Assembly: GCA_041674645.1 (NCBI GenBank)
Contig: JBAYVM010000001.1
Location: 1-40,973, forward strand
Direction of reading: 5' to 3'
Length of the DNA: 40,973 nt
Source of the DNA: Victivallaceae bacterium
GTDB taxonomy: Bacteria > Verrucomicrobiota > Lentisphaeria > Victivallales > Victivallaceae
Position numbers and translations under genes: made by a program. Below the pieces are notes generated by a model. The model had not been told where the DNA came from and ran no database searches. It saw only the letters and a list, made by a program, of their open reading frames with translations. Below, in pieces: positions 29,948 through 39,744 of the stretch (position 1 is the stretch's first letter; each line of letters starts with the position of its first letter).

Positions 29948-31126
29948 TTATAATGTTTTCAGGAATGTGCCTATTTTTTCAATCGCAGTAACAATATCCC
30001 GTGTTGACGCGGCATAGCAACAGCGAATATATCCTTCTCCGCAAGCTCCAAAAGCAGTTCCGGGAACAACCGCCACTTTTTGCTCTTCCAACAGCCGTTG
30101 AGCAAACTGTCTGGAAGTCAGGCCGGTTTCGCTAATTCTTGGAAAAACGTAGAATGCGCCTTTCGGCAACAAACATGGCAGACCGGCGTCGTTCAACCCT
30201 TTAACAATTATATTTCTGCGTTCGCAATAGGTGCTCTTCATTTTTTCCATATCGCGCCGTCCGTTCTTAAGCGCTTCAATCGCGGCTTCCTGAGCGTTGA
30301 TTGGAGCACAAAGCATAGAATATTGATGTATTTTCATCATTGCGTCAATAATATCCGCTGGTCCGCAAGCGTAACCGATTCTGAAGCCGGTCATGGCAAA
30401 TGCTTTTGAAAATCCATGTAAAAATACTGTCCGCTCTTTCATTCCTTTTAAAGAAGCAATTGACGGCAATCTTTTCTCGTAAGTAAGCTCGGAATAAATT
30501 TCATCAGTAATAACAATCAAGTCATTTTCTATTGCTATTTCTGCGATTTCTTCCATTTGAGCGAGAGAAAGCGTGGCGCCGGTTGGATTGCAGGGAAAAT
30601 TCAGCAGCAGCACTTTGCTTTTCGGAGTTATTTTCTTTCTGAGCTCTTCCGGGTCAAGAGCAAAACCGTTATCTTCTTTATTTTCAATCACCACCGGCAC
30701 ACCCAAAGCCATAGTTATTTCCGCTGGATATGAAACATAACATGGTTCGGTATAAATAACTTCATCGCCGGGATTTATCAACGCTCTGATAACTAAATCA
30801 AGTCCTTCACTTACGCCGACAGTAATTAGGCATTCCTTTTCTGGACTGTATTCAACTCCGTAATCAGATGCGACATATTTACAAATTTCTTTGCGTAAAG
30901 GCAACAGTCCAAGATTTGATGTATAACTGGTATGACCTTTTTCCAGAGAATATATTGCGCTTTCTCTGATTGTCCACGGAGTAACAAAATCCGGTTCGCC
31001 AACGCCGAGCGAAATTACATCATCCACACTGTTAACCAGTTCAAAAAACTCTCTTATGCCGCTTTTCGGCAAAATGGAAATATGTTCAGCAATTCTTTTT
31101 TTATGGTGAAATTTTGAGTCGTTCAT
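29948..31126 (-). CDS. Class I/II PLP-dependent aminotransferase (aspartate/aromatic-type)
   Basis: LGVGEPDF, NFPCNPTG, SKAFAMTGFRIGY (PLP lysine) and FG..GEGYIR. GAGGA lies upstream of the ATG. The start overlaps the 3' end of the regulator gene by 26 nt. Confidence 0.85.
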   Translation of the reverse strand: MNDSKFHHKKRIAEHISILPKSGIREFFELVNSVDDVISLGVGEPDFVTPWTIRESAIYSLEKGHTSYTSNLGLLPLRKEICKYVASDYGVEYSPEKECLITVGVSEGLDLVIRALINPGDEVIYTEPCYVSYPAEITMALGVPVVIENKEDNGFALDPEELRKKITPKSKVLLLNFPCNPTGATLSLAQMEEIAEIAIENDLIVITDEIYSELTYEKRLPSIASLKGMKERTVFLHGFSKAFAMTGFRIGYACGPADIIDAMMKIHQYSMLCAPINAQEAAIEALKNGRRDMEKMKSTYCERRNIIVKGLNDAGLPCLLPKGAFYVFPRISETGLTSRQFAQRLLEEQKVAVVPGTAFGACGEGYIRCCYAASTRDIVTAIEKIGTFLKTL

Positions 31127-31586
31127 ATTCTTCCTCGTTATCCATTATCTTTCCGGATTCTTTATATTTTTTCAACAAAAACACGGTTGCGGTAGAAATA
31201 ATTCCTTCCAGTGTCGCCAATTTGCCGGAGACAAAAGCCGCCACTTCCTGAAGAGAATTACCTTTTACTTCCAGCCTGAGATCATAATCTCCGGAAACTA
31301 GATAAAGATCGCTTACTTCAGGGAAGCGACTGATTCTTTTGGCCACTCGGTCAAATCCGCCATCCCGTTGAGGAGTTACTTTAACTTCTATCAAAGCCCG
31401 GACAGAATTATCATGAAGCGCTTCTTCATTAAGGATTGCTTTATATCCTTTGATAACATTTTTATCCTCAAGCTCTTTGATTATTTTTTCCACCTTGGCT
31501 TCGTCAACGCCAACCCTGACAGCGATTTCCGCTGTGCTTATTCTGGCATTCTCGCTCAGAATATTAATAATACTTTTTTTCACCAT
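31101..31586 (-). CDS. Lrp/AsnC-family transcriptional regulator
   Basis: N-terminal HTH (ILSENARISTAEIAVRVGV) plus a C-terminal RAM/AsnC ligand domain (ALIEVKV..., DLYLVSGDYDL). Confidence 0.85.
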   Translation of the reverse strand: MVKKSIINILSENARISTAEIAVRVGVDEAKVEKIIKELEDKNVIKGYKAILNEEALHDNSVRALIEVKVTPQRDGGFDRVAKRISRFPEVSDLYLVSGDYDLRLEVKGNSLQEVAAFVSGKLATLEGIISTATVFLLKKYKESGKIMDNEEEYERLKISP

Positions 31587-31604
31587 CTCTAATTTACTCC
31601 TGTG

Positions 31605-32444
31605 CTAATAAGTGCAAAACAATGTATATAAGAAAAATAAAGGCGCATTAAAAATCAGACTGTCAAGGACATCAAAAAAACCGCCCATGCCCGGGATTAT
31701 AGCTCCGGAATCTTTAACTCCACAAGTACGCTTAAATGCCGATTCAGTAAGATCTCCAATAAAACCACCAAAAAACAGAATTATTCCAGGAAACAGCGGT
31801 GTAAACAGTGAATCATCATGATACATAAAATTAAACATTAAAAAGCTCAAAAGAATTGAGCTGGCAAGTCCGCCAAAAAAACCCTCCCAGGACTTCTTCG
31901 GACTCACGGAAGGCACCATTTTGTGGTTGCCATTTTTTAATATTATGTTGGATAACATCCCGACAACGTATGCTCCTGTATCTCCGGCCTTAGTCACCAG
32001 TACCATAAAAAGCAATGCCATCCGACCTTCATTATTATGTCCTTCGCCTTCCATGTAAATTAAAATCAAAAAGCTAAGCGGAACTGTCAACATCAAAATA
32101 ACCGCTGAAGAATTGATTAATTTAGAAAGAGCTTCGTCGCGATCTTTAGCAAAAAGTAAAACCAGCCACAAGATTAAAATAAAAAGCGTCGGTAAAAAAA
32201 CTAGATAATTTATGTCTATTTTGAAAAATAAAAGAAAAATTATCAATGCGCTTAATAAAGATGTAAAAAGTTTATATGAATTTTTGCCGGTTTTCTCAAG
32301 CATTGTCAATGCTTCATGAACAATACCAAAACCGGCAATCGTTCCGAAAACTGTAAAAATTTGTAAACCCCACTCTTTCCAGAAAATGGATAAAATAAAT
32401 AAACCTATCAGTATTATAAAACTTATAAATCTGAATAAAAACAT
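31605..32444 (-). CDS. cdsA: Phosphatidate cytidylyltransferase (CDP-diglyceride synthase family)
   Basis: Polytopic membrane protein with SPKKSWEG and SAFKR..GVKDSG..IPG.GG..D..DS. Signature slightly divergent (GMGG for GHGG). Ends in TAG. Confidence 0.75.
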   Translation of the reverse strand: MFLFRFISFIILIGLFILSIFWKEWGLQIFTVFGTIAGFGIVHEALTMLEKTGKNSYKLFTSLLSALIIFLLFFKIDINYLVFLPTLFILILWLVLLFAKDRDEALSKLINSSAVILMLTVPLSFLILIYMEGEGHNNEGRMALLFMVLVTKAGDTGAYVVGMLSNIILKNGNHKMVPSVSPKKSWEGFFGGLASSILLSFLMFNFMYHDDSLFTPLFPGIILFFGGFIGDLTESAFKRTCGVKDSGAIIPGMGGFFDVLDSLIFNAPLFFLYTLFCTY

Positions 32445-33157
32445 TACTTTCTTCCCCCAAATCGTCTATTTCTGCTTTTAAAAACATCAATTGCTTTTAA
32501 AAACTCTTTCTTATTAAAATCCGGCCAAAGAACGTCTGTAACATATAACTCCGAGTATGAAAGCTGCCATAACAGAAAATTACTCAAGCGCATCTCTCCG
32601 CTGGTGCGAATCATTAACTCGGGATCCGGCAATTCCGGGTCGTATAAATAACTGGCAAACAGTTTTTCATCTATTTTATCCGGACTAAGCTTTTTTTCAA
32701 CCGCAGCAACCGCTATTCTTTTCACACTATCAACTATTTCCGCCCGTCCACCATAATTTAACGCTAAAACTAAAGTTCCGCCAGTATTTTCAGAAGTTTC
32801 TTTAATTGCGTTTAATAGCTTTTTGCGGACTCCTCCTGGAAGTTCATCAGTCCTTCCAATAGTCTTTATCCTAATGCCTTTTTCTTTCATTTCAGGAAGT
32901 TTATTGTCTATAAATTCTTCCAATAAACTCATCAGCGCATTTATTTCAGTTAAAGGTCGTTTCCAATTCTCGGTACTGAATGCGTACAACGTGAGGTATT
33001 CTATTCCGATTTCCCTCGCCGCATCAACAATTTCTTTAACCGCGTCCGCACCCTTTCTATGACCATCAACCCGTTTAAGGCCATGTTTTTCAGCCCAACG
33101 TCCATTACCATCCATAATTATAGCAACATGACGAAGGATTCGTTGTTTATCATCCAT
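32444..33157 (-). CDS. uppS: Undecaprenyl-diphosphate synthase (cis-prenyltransferase)
   Basis: HVAIIMDGNGRWA, TLYAFSTENW.RP, RTSGE.RLSNFLLWQ..YSE. Confidence 0.9.
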   Translation of the reverse strand: MDDKQRILRHVAIIMDGNGRWAEKHGLKRVDGHRKGADAVKEIVDAAREIGIEYLTLYAFSTENWKRPLTEINALMSLLEEFIDNKLPEMKEKGIRIKTIGRTDELPGGVRKKLLNAIKETSENTGGTLVLALNYGGRAEIVDSVKRIAVAAVEKKLSPDKIDEKLFASYLYDPELPDPELMIRTSGEMRLSNFLLWQLSYSELYVTDVLWPDFNKKEFLKAIDVFKSRNRRFGGRK

Positions 33158-33788
33158 GAAAATAATCCTCTGCTATCATGCACAATGTATGGTAAATTGG
33201 AAGATGATATTCCTGAATTTTAAAGGTTTCATCTCCGGGGGCTTTAATTACGCAATCTGAAATAGTCGCGCATTTTCCGCCGTTATATCCAGTAAGCAAT
33301 ATAGATTTTACTTCAATAACAGAAGCTGTAATTAAACAATTATAAATATTTTGTGAATTTCCGCTGGTCGTTATTCCCATAACGACATCACCAGGTTTGC
33401 TCAACGCCAGTAATTGTTGAGCAAAAGTCAGGCTGCCATCAACATCATTAGAAAAAGCTGACGTAAATGCAGGATGTGAGGTTAAAGATAATGCTCTAAA
33501 TCCATATTGCAATTTTTCTGCTATATTCAAGCCTTCTTTACCATATTTGGTTTCAAACTTACTTTTTAATTCACTATTCAGACACCGTTTTAGTATAAAA
33601 CCTTTTAATAACTCTCCGGCTATATGCTCTGAATCTGCAGCGCTTCCACCATTACCGCAAAGAAAAAGCGTGTTGCCATTTTTAAAAGCTTCTATCATTA
33701 TTTCAGAAGCTTCAATAATATTTGTTTTTATTCCATCCAATATTGGATAGCGTTCTATTAAGTCTTTAATAAATCTATTCATTTTCAA
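33150..33788 (-). CDS. SIS-domain protein, phosphoheptose isomerase GmhA / DiaA family
   Basis: CGNGGSAADSEHIAGEL, ALSLTSH...TSAFSNDV, GDVVMGITTSGNS.N and IQEYHL.IYH.LC. Overlaps the uppS start by 8 nt. Confidence 0.8.
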   Translation of the reverse strand: MKMNRFIKDLIERYPILDGIKTNIIEASEIMIEAFKNGNTLFLCGNGGSAADSEHIAGELLKGFILKRCLNSELKSKFETKYGKEGLNIAEKLQYGFRALSLTSHPAFTSAFSNDVDGSLTFAQQLLALSKPGDVVMGITTSGNSQNIYNCLITASVIEVKSILLTGYNGGKCATISDCVIKAPGDETFKIQEYHLPIYHTLCMIAEDYFHG

Positions 33789-34137
33789 TCTTACTTAATT
33801 GATTAATAGCCTAATTAGTTTATTTTATACCTTACTCTAAATGTCTATTTTTACAACATAAAGAGAAACTGTAAATAAACTGTTTTCTTGTTAATAAGTT
33901 ATCAATAAAATTTTAATTCTTTTAATAAAACGGCAGGAATGAGAAAAACGATTAAATTGATAAAAAAGTTAATGAAGTTATAAATAAGAAGAAAATGAAA
34001 AATTAGGCTCTATTTCTACTTTATTAACACAATTAACAGGGTATAATAGTAATAATATAAAATGTATATAGTATAGAATATAACTATTAAATCTATAGCC
34101 TGTTAATAAAATACAAAAGAAAGGCAGAAAAGTAATT

Positions 34138-35232
34138 ATGAAACTGAGTGTAAACAAAGACAAGTTTTTAAAAGCAATCCAGAAGGTTATAAATATTATC
34201 GGGAGCAGATCAACTCTTCCTGTTTTATCTAATGTTCTTCTTGAAGCAGAAGATAATAAACTTACCTTAACAACAACAGATCTTGAAATAAGAATTACAA
34301 CTCAAGTTGATGCTTCGATTGCCAGACCTGGAAAAACAACTGTTCCGGCAAAGAAACTTTATGCTTTAGTCAGTAAGTTTATTGGTGAGGAAGTATGTCT
34401 TGATTGTAATGATAATCATCATATAGAAATAGATTGTGGAACCAGTAAATTTAAACTGTTAGGTTTGGCGGCTGATGATTTTCCAATCCCTGTTGAATTT
34501 ATATTACAGAGACAAATAAAATTAAATGAATCTGATTTAAGAAAAATGTTAGATCAGATTTCTTACGCTGTAAGCCTTGATGATACTAGAAAAGTACTTC
34601 ACGGTATATTATGGTCAGTAAAAGAAAATACTGTTACTGCGGTTGCTACTGACGGAAAAAGACTTGCTTTGGTTGAAAGAGTGCCTGATTATTTTAATGG
34701 AACTGAAGGTGATACCATTATTCCATTAAAAGCCGCTAATGAAATTAAACGTTTACTTGATGGAGAAGGGGTTGTTAATTTAGAAATAGGTGAAAAACAG
34801 GCTTGTTTTAAAACTGACACAGTAAATCTCACCACTAAATTAATTGAAGGTAATTATCCTAATTACAGACAGGTGATTCCTGCTTCATTCAGCAAAGTAA
34901 TTAATGTTCCTACAGTTCCATTACTGGCAAAACTTGAATTGGTATCACTTGCTCTTTCTGATAGCAGTTCGTACATTATTTTGAGTTTTAATGAAGATAA
35001 AATAAATCTTCAGGCATCAAGCAGTAATATTGGGGAAGGTAATGATTATCTTGATATTGAATATAAAGATAATAAGATAGACATATCTTTTAACCCAACC
35101 TTTTTAGCCGATCCGTTAAAACACAGTGATTCTGATAAAATAAAATTGAAGATAAATGATGGATTCAGCCCGGTAGCAATTGAAGGCGGCGAAGGTTTTA
35201 TGTATGTCATTATGCCGATGAGAAACCGGTAA
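34138..35232 (+). CDS. dnaN: DNA polymerase III beta sliding clamp
   Basis: MKLSVNKDKFLKAIQKV..II..RSTLPVLSNVLLEA....L.LTTTDLEI, TDG.RLA, GNYPNY..VIP and the C-terminal MPMR. Confidence 0.9.
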   Translation: MKLSVNKDKFLKAIQKVINIIGSRSTLPVLSNVLLEAEDNKLTLTTTDLEIRITTQVDASIARPGKTTVPAKKLYALVSKFIGEEVCLDCNDNHHIEIDCGTSKFKLLGLAADDFPIPVEFILQRQIKLNESDLRKMLDQISYAVSLDDTRKVLHGILWSVKENTVTAVATDGKRLALVERVPDYFNGTEGDTIIPLKAANEIKRLLDGEGVVNLEIGEKQACFKTDTVNLTTKLIEGNYPNYRQVIPASFSKVINVPTVPLLAKLELVSLALSDSSSYIILSFNEDKINLQASSSNIGEGNDYLDIEYKDNKIDISFNPTFLADPLKHSDSDKIKLKINDGFSPVAIEGGEGFMYVIMPMRNR

Positions 35233-35267
35233 AATTATATTTAAGACAGCAGAATTTATTTATAAAT

Positions 35268-35303
35268 GCCGTATAACTTCAAAAAGTTATACGGCGTTTT
35301 TTT
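35268..35303 (+). terminator. Strong Rho-independent terminator between dnaN and recF
   Basis: 11-bp stem GCCGTATAACT (35268-35278) pairs with AGTTATACGGC (35285-35295), followed by G + T7 (35297-35303). Confidence 0.8.
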
Positions 35304-35313
35304 GGATTTACTG

Positions 35314-36393
35314 ATGATTAGAAAAATTATATTAAAAAACTTCAGAAATTACTCGGAATCGGAAATTACTTTTAATTCCACTATTAATGTTTTTATCGGT
35401 CGTAACGGTCAGGGAAAAAGTAACCTTCTGGAAGCAATCTTTTTTATTGGGATGTTGCGCTCTTTTCGCGCCTGCCAAATAGCAGATGTAAAAATGTTTG
35501 GACAGAATTTTTTTTATTTGGCAGCGGAAATAGAAAGAAAAAAATGGTCAGAATTTTTAGAAATAGAATATTCTGAACCAGAAAAAAGAAAGTTATTAAT
35601 TGATGGTAAAGCAATATTTAAAACTAGTGAATTTATAAAAATAATAAAAACAATTATTTTTTCTCCTGAAGATATTACAATTATTACCGGAAGTTCTGCT
35701 AAGAGAAGACGCTTTATTGATATACTTATTTCTATTTTAAACCCTTCTTACCTTACTGCGCTTCATAAATACACTACCGCTTTAAAATCTAGAAATGCCG
35801 CTTTAAAATCCGGGGATGGAAATTATAAAGTAGCTGAAGCTTTTGAATATGTTTTAGCTGAAACAGGAGTAATAATATCCAGTTTAAGGACAGAATATTC
35901 TAATTTACTTACAAAAGAAGTTAATAATTTACTCAATGAATTTATTCCGGAAAAAAGGAAAATTGAAATTATTTACAATCCAAGTTGCGGAACAGATAAT
36001 GTAAACGAATATTTAGAACGTTTTAACCGCGAACGAACGAGAGAAATTAAACGCGGTTTTACTGGTTTTGGCCCTCAAATAGATGATTTTGATTTTATCT
36101 ACCAGGGAATATCAATGCGAAATTTTGCCTCTACCGGACAGTGCAGACTCATCTCATTATGCCTGAAAATGGCTGAAGTAAATATAATATCCGCATTCAA
36201 CATGGAAGATAACAGTAACATTATTGTTCTGGTTGACGATGTTACCGGCGAACTGGATGAAATCACCAGAAGAATGTTTTTCAGAGTGATTAATAAGGCC
36301 GGACAAGCGTTTTTTACATTTACCGAAAAACCATCAGACAGCTATTTTGAAAATGCCTGTTTTTATAAAGTTGACAATGGAAAAATAAGCTGA
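35314..36393 (+). CDS. recF: DNA replication/repair protein RecF
   Basis: MIRKIILKNFRNY......F....NVFIGRNGQGKSNLLEAI (Walker A) and a C-terminal LVDDV..ELD. Start moved from 35266 to 35314 because the upstream extension consists of the terminator hairpin. Confidence 0.85.
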   Translation: MIRKIILKNFRNYSESEITFNSTINVFIGRNGQGKSNLLEAIFFIGMLRSFRACQIADVKMFGQNFFYLAAEIERKKWSEFLEIEYSEPEKRKLLIDGKAIFKTSEFIKIIKTIIFSPEDITIITGSSAKRRRFIDILISILNPSYLTALHKYTTALKSRNAALKSGDGNYKVAEAFEYVLAETGVIISSLRTEYSNLLTKEVNNLLNEFIPEKRKIEIIYNPSCGTDNVNEYLERFNRERTREIKRGFTGFGPQIDDFDFIYQGISMRNFASTGQCRLISLCLKMAEVNIISAFNMEDNSNIIVLVDDVTGELDEITRRMFFRVINKAGQAFFTFTEKPSDSYFENACFYKVDNGKIS

Positions 36394-36432
36394 TATAACA
36401 GAAATAAGCTTTGTGTTAGTTTTTCGAAAATT

Positions 36433-37896
36433 TTACTTGCTTAGTTCTTCTTTGAGCTTTTCTTCCCGGATGACATCAATAATTTCAGCGCCGTAGAGCA
36501 TTTTCATCAGTTTGATGTTAAAATCATAGAAGATTTTCGAATCCGGCCTGGTAATCATTTCTGCTCTGGAAAATTCCAACATTCGCTTCCGTTTTTTAAT
36601 ATCCTTTTCATAAATTTCCAAATAACGGATTAAAGTACGCGGACTAAGTTCTTCAAATTTACGTTGTGCAAATTCTTCCACATAATCAGCAGCGATAACT
36701 GAAATAAGATCGTTATTACAATGTTTCATTCCTAGCGCCAGCAGAAAATCTTCAACCATTTCGGTGCATTTAATTTCGTCGAAAATCGGGAATTTTACAC
36801 TGCGTCCGCGGCTGAGAATATTCGCTGGAAACTCAAAATTTGAAGCAATGACAATACAGATATTGTTGGGAAGAATAAAACTTCCTCCAATATTTGTGCG
36901 AAAATAATACCAATTAATTTTACCCGGATCAATATCGTCAAAAAAAACTACAAACCGGTGGTCTTTTCTTGCAGCCAATTTTCTGATTAACAGTTCCAAT
37001 CCTTTTTCCAAGTCTTCCGGCTCGGGAAGAATCAGAGTTAAATTGTCGTGGGCTAAAGCATGTGAAATTGCCAGATGAGTTTTCCCCAAACCAGGCAAAC
37101 TGGAAATCAGAAAAGGTAAATTGGTCACACCTTTGGAAAAGTCATTAAAGTGTTCGGAAAACGTTTTTCTGACGCCGACAAAGCCGAAAAACTTATCAAT
37201 CTGACGGATTGAAGTAAGCTCCGCCGGATAAAAATTATTGTTTATATATCTGAACGCTCTATTTCCATTGAATGGATCTGCGTCTTTGGCTTTGACGGAC
37301 AACATTGTCATGGTTTCTGCGGAAACAGAACCTCTTTTTAGCTTTATTTCTGTTTCTCCGTCAAATAAAAGTTTAACTTCCGGCCTGACCCGGCTGAGAG
37401 TTCCCTTATTTACGATATTTTTCTCAAGAATATTTAAGAACAATAATAGCGATTTTGAGTTTCGGCAGACTCTCTCTCCGTGAAAAAGCAAGAATTTTCC
37501 GGTCTCATTCAATATAAAACTATCGCAACTTCTGCCACTAAAAACTCCATGTGCTGCCAAGGCATCAAACACGCATAGTTCCAAGTTTTTAATTAAAGAC
37601 TTGTCTGTGCACTGTACCGTCAGATCATTAATATAATCAATGGAGTCAGCGGTATTGACAATCACTGTTGAATATCGCTTTGCGGTTGCAGTATTCGCAT
37701 TAAGCGCGGATAAATCATCATAAACGGTATTCAATGTCGTCAAATATTTGTCTATGAAACTTTTCCGGTATATATCAATACAGTTGAGGTGGTTATTTTC
37801 TGGCCGTAAAAAGAGAACATTAATGCTTGCAATTGCCTCAGAAATAAATTCTTTAAGCTTGTTGATTTCAGGGTTTTTATAATTATTGTCTGACAT
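36433..37896 (-). CDS. P-loop ATPase, C-terminal half DUF815-like; N-terminal ~250 aa unassigned (487 aa)
   Basis: LPGLGKTH (Walker A-like), RFVVFFDDID (Walker B) and IVIASNFEFP, in the order I associate with DUF815/AAA-type ATPases. GGGAGG lies upstream of the ATG. Confidence 0.55.
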   Translation of the reverse strand: MSDNNYKNPEINKLKEFISEAIASINVLFLRPENNHLNCIDIYRKSFIDKYLTTLNTVYDDLSALNANTATAKRYSTVIVNTADSIDYINDLTVQCTDKSLIKNLELCVFDALAAHGVFSGRSCDSFILNETGKFLLFHGERVCRNSKSLLLFLNILEKNIVNKGTLSRVRPEVKLLFDGETEIKLKRGSVSAETMTMLSVKAKDADPFNGNRAFRYINNNFYPAELTSIRQIDKFFGFVGVRKTFSEHFNDFSKGVTNLPFLISSLPGLGKTHLAISHALAHDNLTLILPEPEDLEKGLELLIRKLAARKDHRFVVFFDDIDPGKINWYYFRTNIGGSFILPNNICIVIASNFEFPANILSRGRSVKFPIFDEIKCTEMVEDFLLALGMKHCNNDLISVIAADYVEEFAQRKFEELSPRTLIRYLEIYEKDIKKRKRMLEFSRAEMITRPDSKIFYDFNIKLMKMLYGAEIIDVIREEKLKEELSK

Positions 37897-37959
37897 TAAA
37901 ACTGCCTCCCAATCAAAGATTTATGATTCGTCTGAAATAAACCATATACTCAAGAACAG

Positions 37960-39684
37960 TTATTTCAACTGTTTTTTATCGTTTGACTGATAATCGACCA
38001 CAGGTTCTTCTACTGGCGGCTGCAATCCAATTACTTGATTTAACTGTAAATCATAGAATTCCTGTTTAATCGGGAAGCTGAAATCTGTTAACTTATCTTG
38101 TTCAATTCCCGAGGCAACGCTAAGCTTATTCCGTTCTTTCAATAAAGGCTTACACCAAAAATTGATAAAATTAATAACATAAGGCGAAGAGGTAAAGTTC
38201 AGCTTGCCGTTGGAAAAAAGGCTGGCGTAGGCTTCTTCTTCCCGTCCCATCAAAATCATTGCATTAGCTTTCATCAGGGCGGACAAGTCTGCAATAATTT
38301 TTCCCTCCGGCTTCCCGGCAAATTTCTTTAATTGAGATTTTAGCTGGAAGGCGGCGAAGGCTTGTATTTCTCCTTGACCGGCCAGGCCGGCTGAGATGCC
38401 GTAGCTCAACCAGAAGCCGGGCGTATCTTGTTCAGTTGACTTCACTGCTTCAAAAATTTTCCCCGCCCAAAGTAACGGTAAACGGTTGTCATAAATTAAA
38501 AACCAGTCATTGTCTAAATAAAAAGGTGACGGATTTTCGCTTAATCTTTGTGTAAACACTGTTTTGCTTCCGTCAATAATTCCCGTTTTAAATCCGTCAA
38601 TAATCCGGAAAATATCAGATTCCGCCAACACCAGGTTTTCTCCGCCGGAAAAGTTACTCCAACAAAACTTAATCGGGAAATAAAGCCCGGTTTTGTTGTC
38701 GAGAGCAACTGTTCTGGAAATAATGTCTTGGTTATTTTTCTGAAGTTTTCCGGCAAGTTCGTATAAAATCATGCTTTTTGTCGGGCTGACATCAATTCCG
38801 GTTTTAAACATTTCCGCCAGTTCGAGCATGGCAGGAACATAATTTCGTTCGGAAGCGCTTTTCAACCAGTTCAATTTGGTTTCATAATCTGATGAAAATC
38901 CTGCGGCGGCCAGTTGCGCCGGTGCATATCCGGCCTGAGCCGCTTGCATAATCAAATCTTTGCTTTTCTGCTGACCTATATTTGCTTTGTTTAACTCAGC
39001 TAGATTATACATGGCTGGCGGATAGCCGCAACCAGCAGCTTTTTCCAGCCATCTCAATGTTGTTTCCCGTTTCCCGGTTTGACGATATATTTCCGACAAA
39101 TAATATTGGGCGACCGGATAGTCGTCTTCGGCAGCTTTTAAAAACATTTCACGGGCTTGAGCAAGATTCTTTTCGGTTCCGTTTCCCGTCATATGCATTA
39201 CTCCCAGCATAACAATCGCCGGATAATATGCTTTAGAGGCGCAATAATCAAACATTTTATAAGCGTCTTCAGGTGATTTCGCTACGCCTCTACCGTAATA
39301 ATACATTTCAGCTAGAGCGTATAAAGCGTTTATATCTCCGTCGCTTGCTTGTTTTCTGATTGTTTCAAAAGCATTTTCATAAAGTCTTAAAGCCCGGACT
39401 TGGCTTGGCGACTGACTGCCCAGTCCGGTTTCGTGAATGACTCCAAGATAATACATTCCAATTGCGCTTCCTCTTGCTGACGATTTTCTCAGCCAGGACA
39501 ACGCCTCTTCATAATTAATCGGGGTCATGCCACCGGTAAGATATGATGCTCCTAAAATCGCTTGTGCTTCTCCATTGCCCTGTTCAGCAAGCAACTGGTA
39601 ACGGTCCTTTACGGATATGCACCCGCAAAAAACCGTGAGCATAAAAATAAAAATGGCAAATCCGGCTAATTTTTTCATCATCAT
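37960..39684 (-). CDS. Sel1-repeat (TPR-like) lipoprotein (574 aa)
   Basis: Signal peptide with lipobox (LTVFCGC). At least six Sel1-type repeats (GNGEAQAILGASYLTG, AIGMYYLGVIHETGLG, ALYALAEMYYYGRGV, and others) in the N-terminal half. C-terminal half unassigned. Confidence 0.8.
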   Translation of the reverse strand: MMMKKLAGFAIFIFMLTVFCGCISVKDRYQLLAEQGNGEAQAILGASYLTGGMTPINYEEALSWLRKSSARGSAIGMYYLGVIHETGLGSQSPSQVRALRLYENAFETIRKQASDGDINALYALAEMYYYGRGVAKSPEDAYKMFDYCASKAYYPAIVMLGVMHMTGNGTEKNLAQAREMFLKAAEDDYPVAQYYLSEIYRQTGKRETTLRWLEKAAGCGYPPAMYNLAELNKANIGQQKSKDLIMQAAQAGYAPAQLAAAGFSSDYETKLNWLKSASERNYVPAMLELAEMFKTGIDVSPTKSMILYELAGKLQKNNQDIISRTVALDNKTGLYFPIKFCWSNFSGGENLVLAESDIFRIIDGFKTGIIDGSKTVFTQRLSENPSPFYLDNDWFLIYDNRLPLLWAGKIFEAVKSTEQDTPGFWLSYGISAGLAGQGEIQAFAAFQLKSQLKKFAGKPEGKIIADLSALMKANAMILMGREEEAYASLFSNGKLNFTSSPYVINFINFWCKPLLKERNKLSVASGIEQDKLTDFSFPIKQEFYDLQLNQVIGLQPPVEEPVVDYQSNDKKQLK

Positions 39685-39744
39685 ATTCCCTGTTGTTGTT
39701 ATGTCTGGTATTCGAGGCTAATATTCTTATATTTACAGCATAAA

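Noticed and set aside
33978-34163. 61-aa minus-strand ORF in the AT-rich region upstream of dnaN.
   Set aside because: Composition-driven (Phe/Ile/Leu/Tyr-rich) ORF in ~20% GC DNA. Its start overlaps the dnaN start, and there is no ribosome-binding site.
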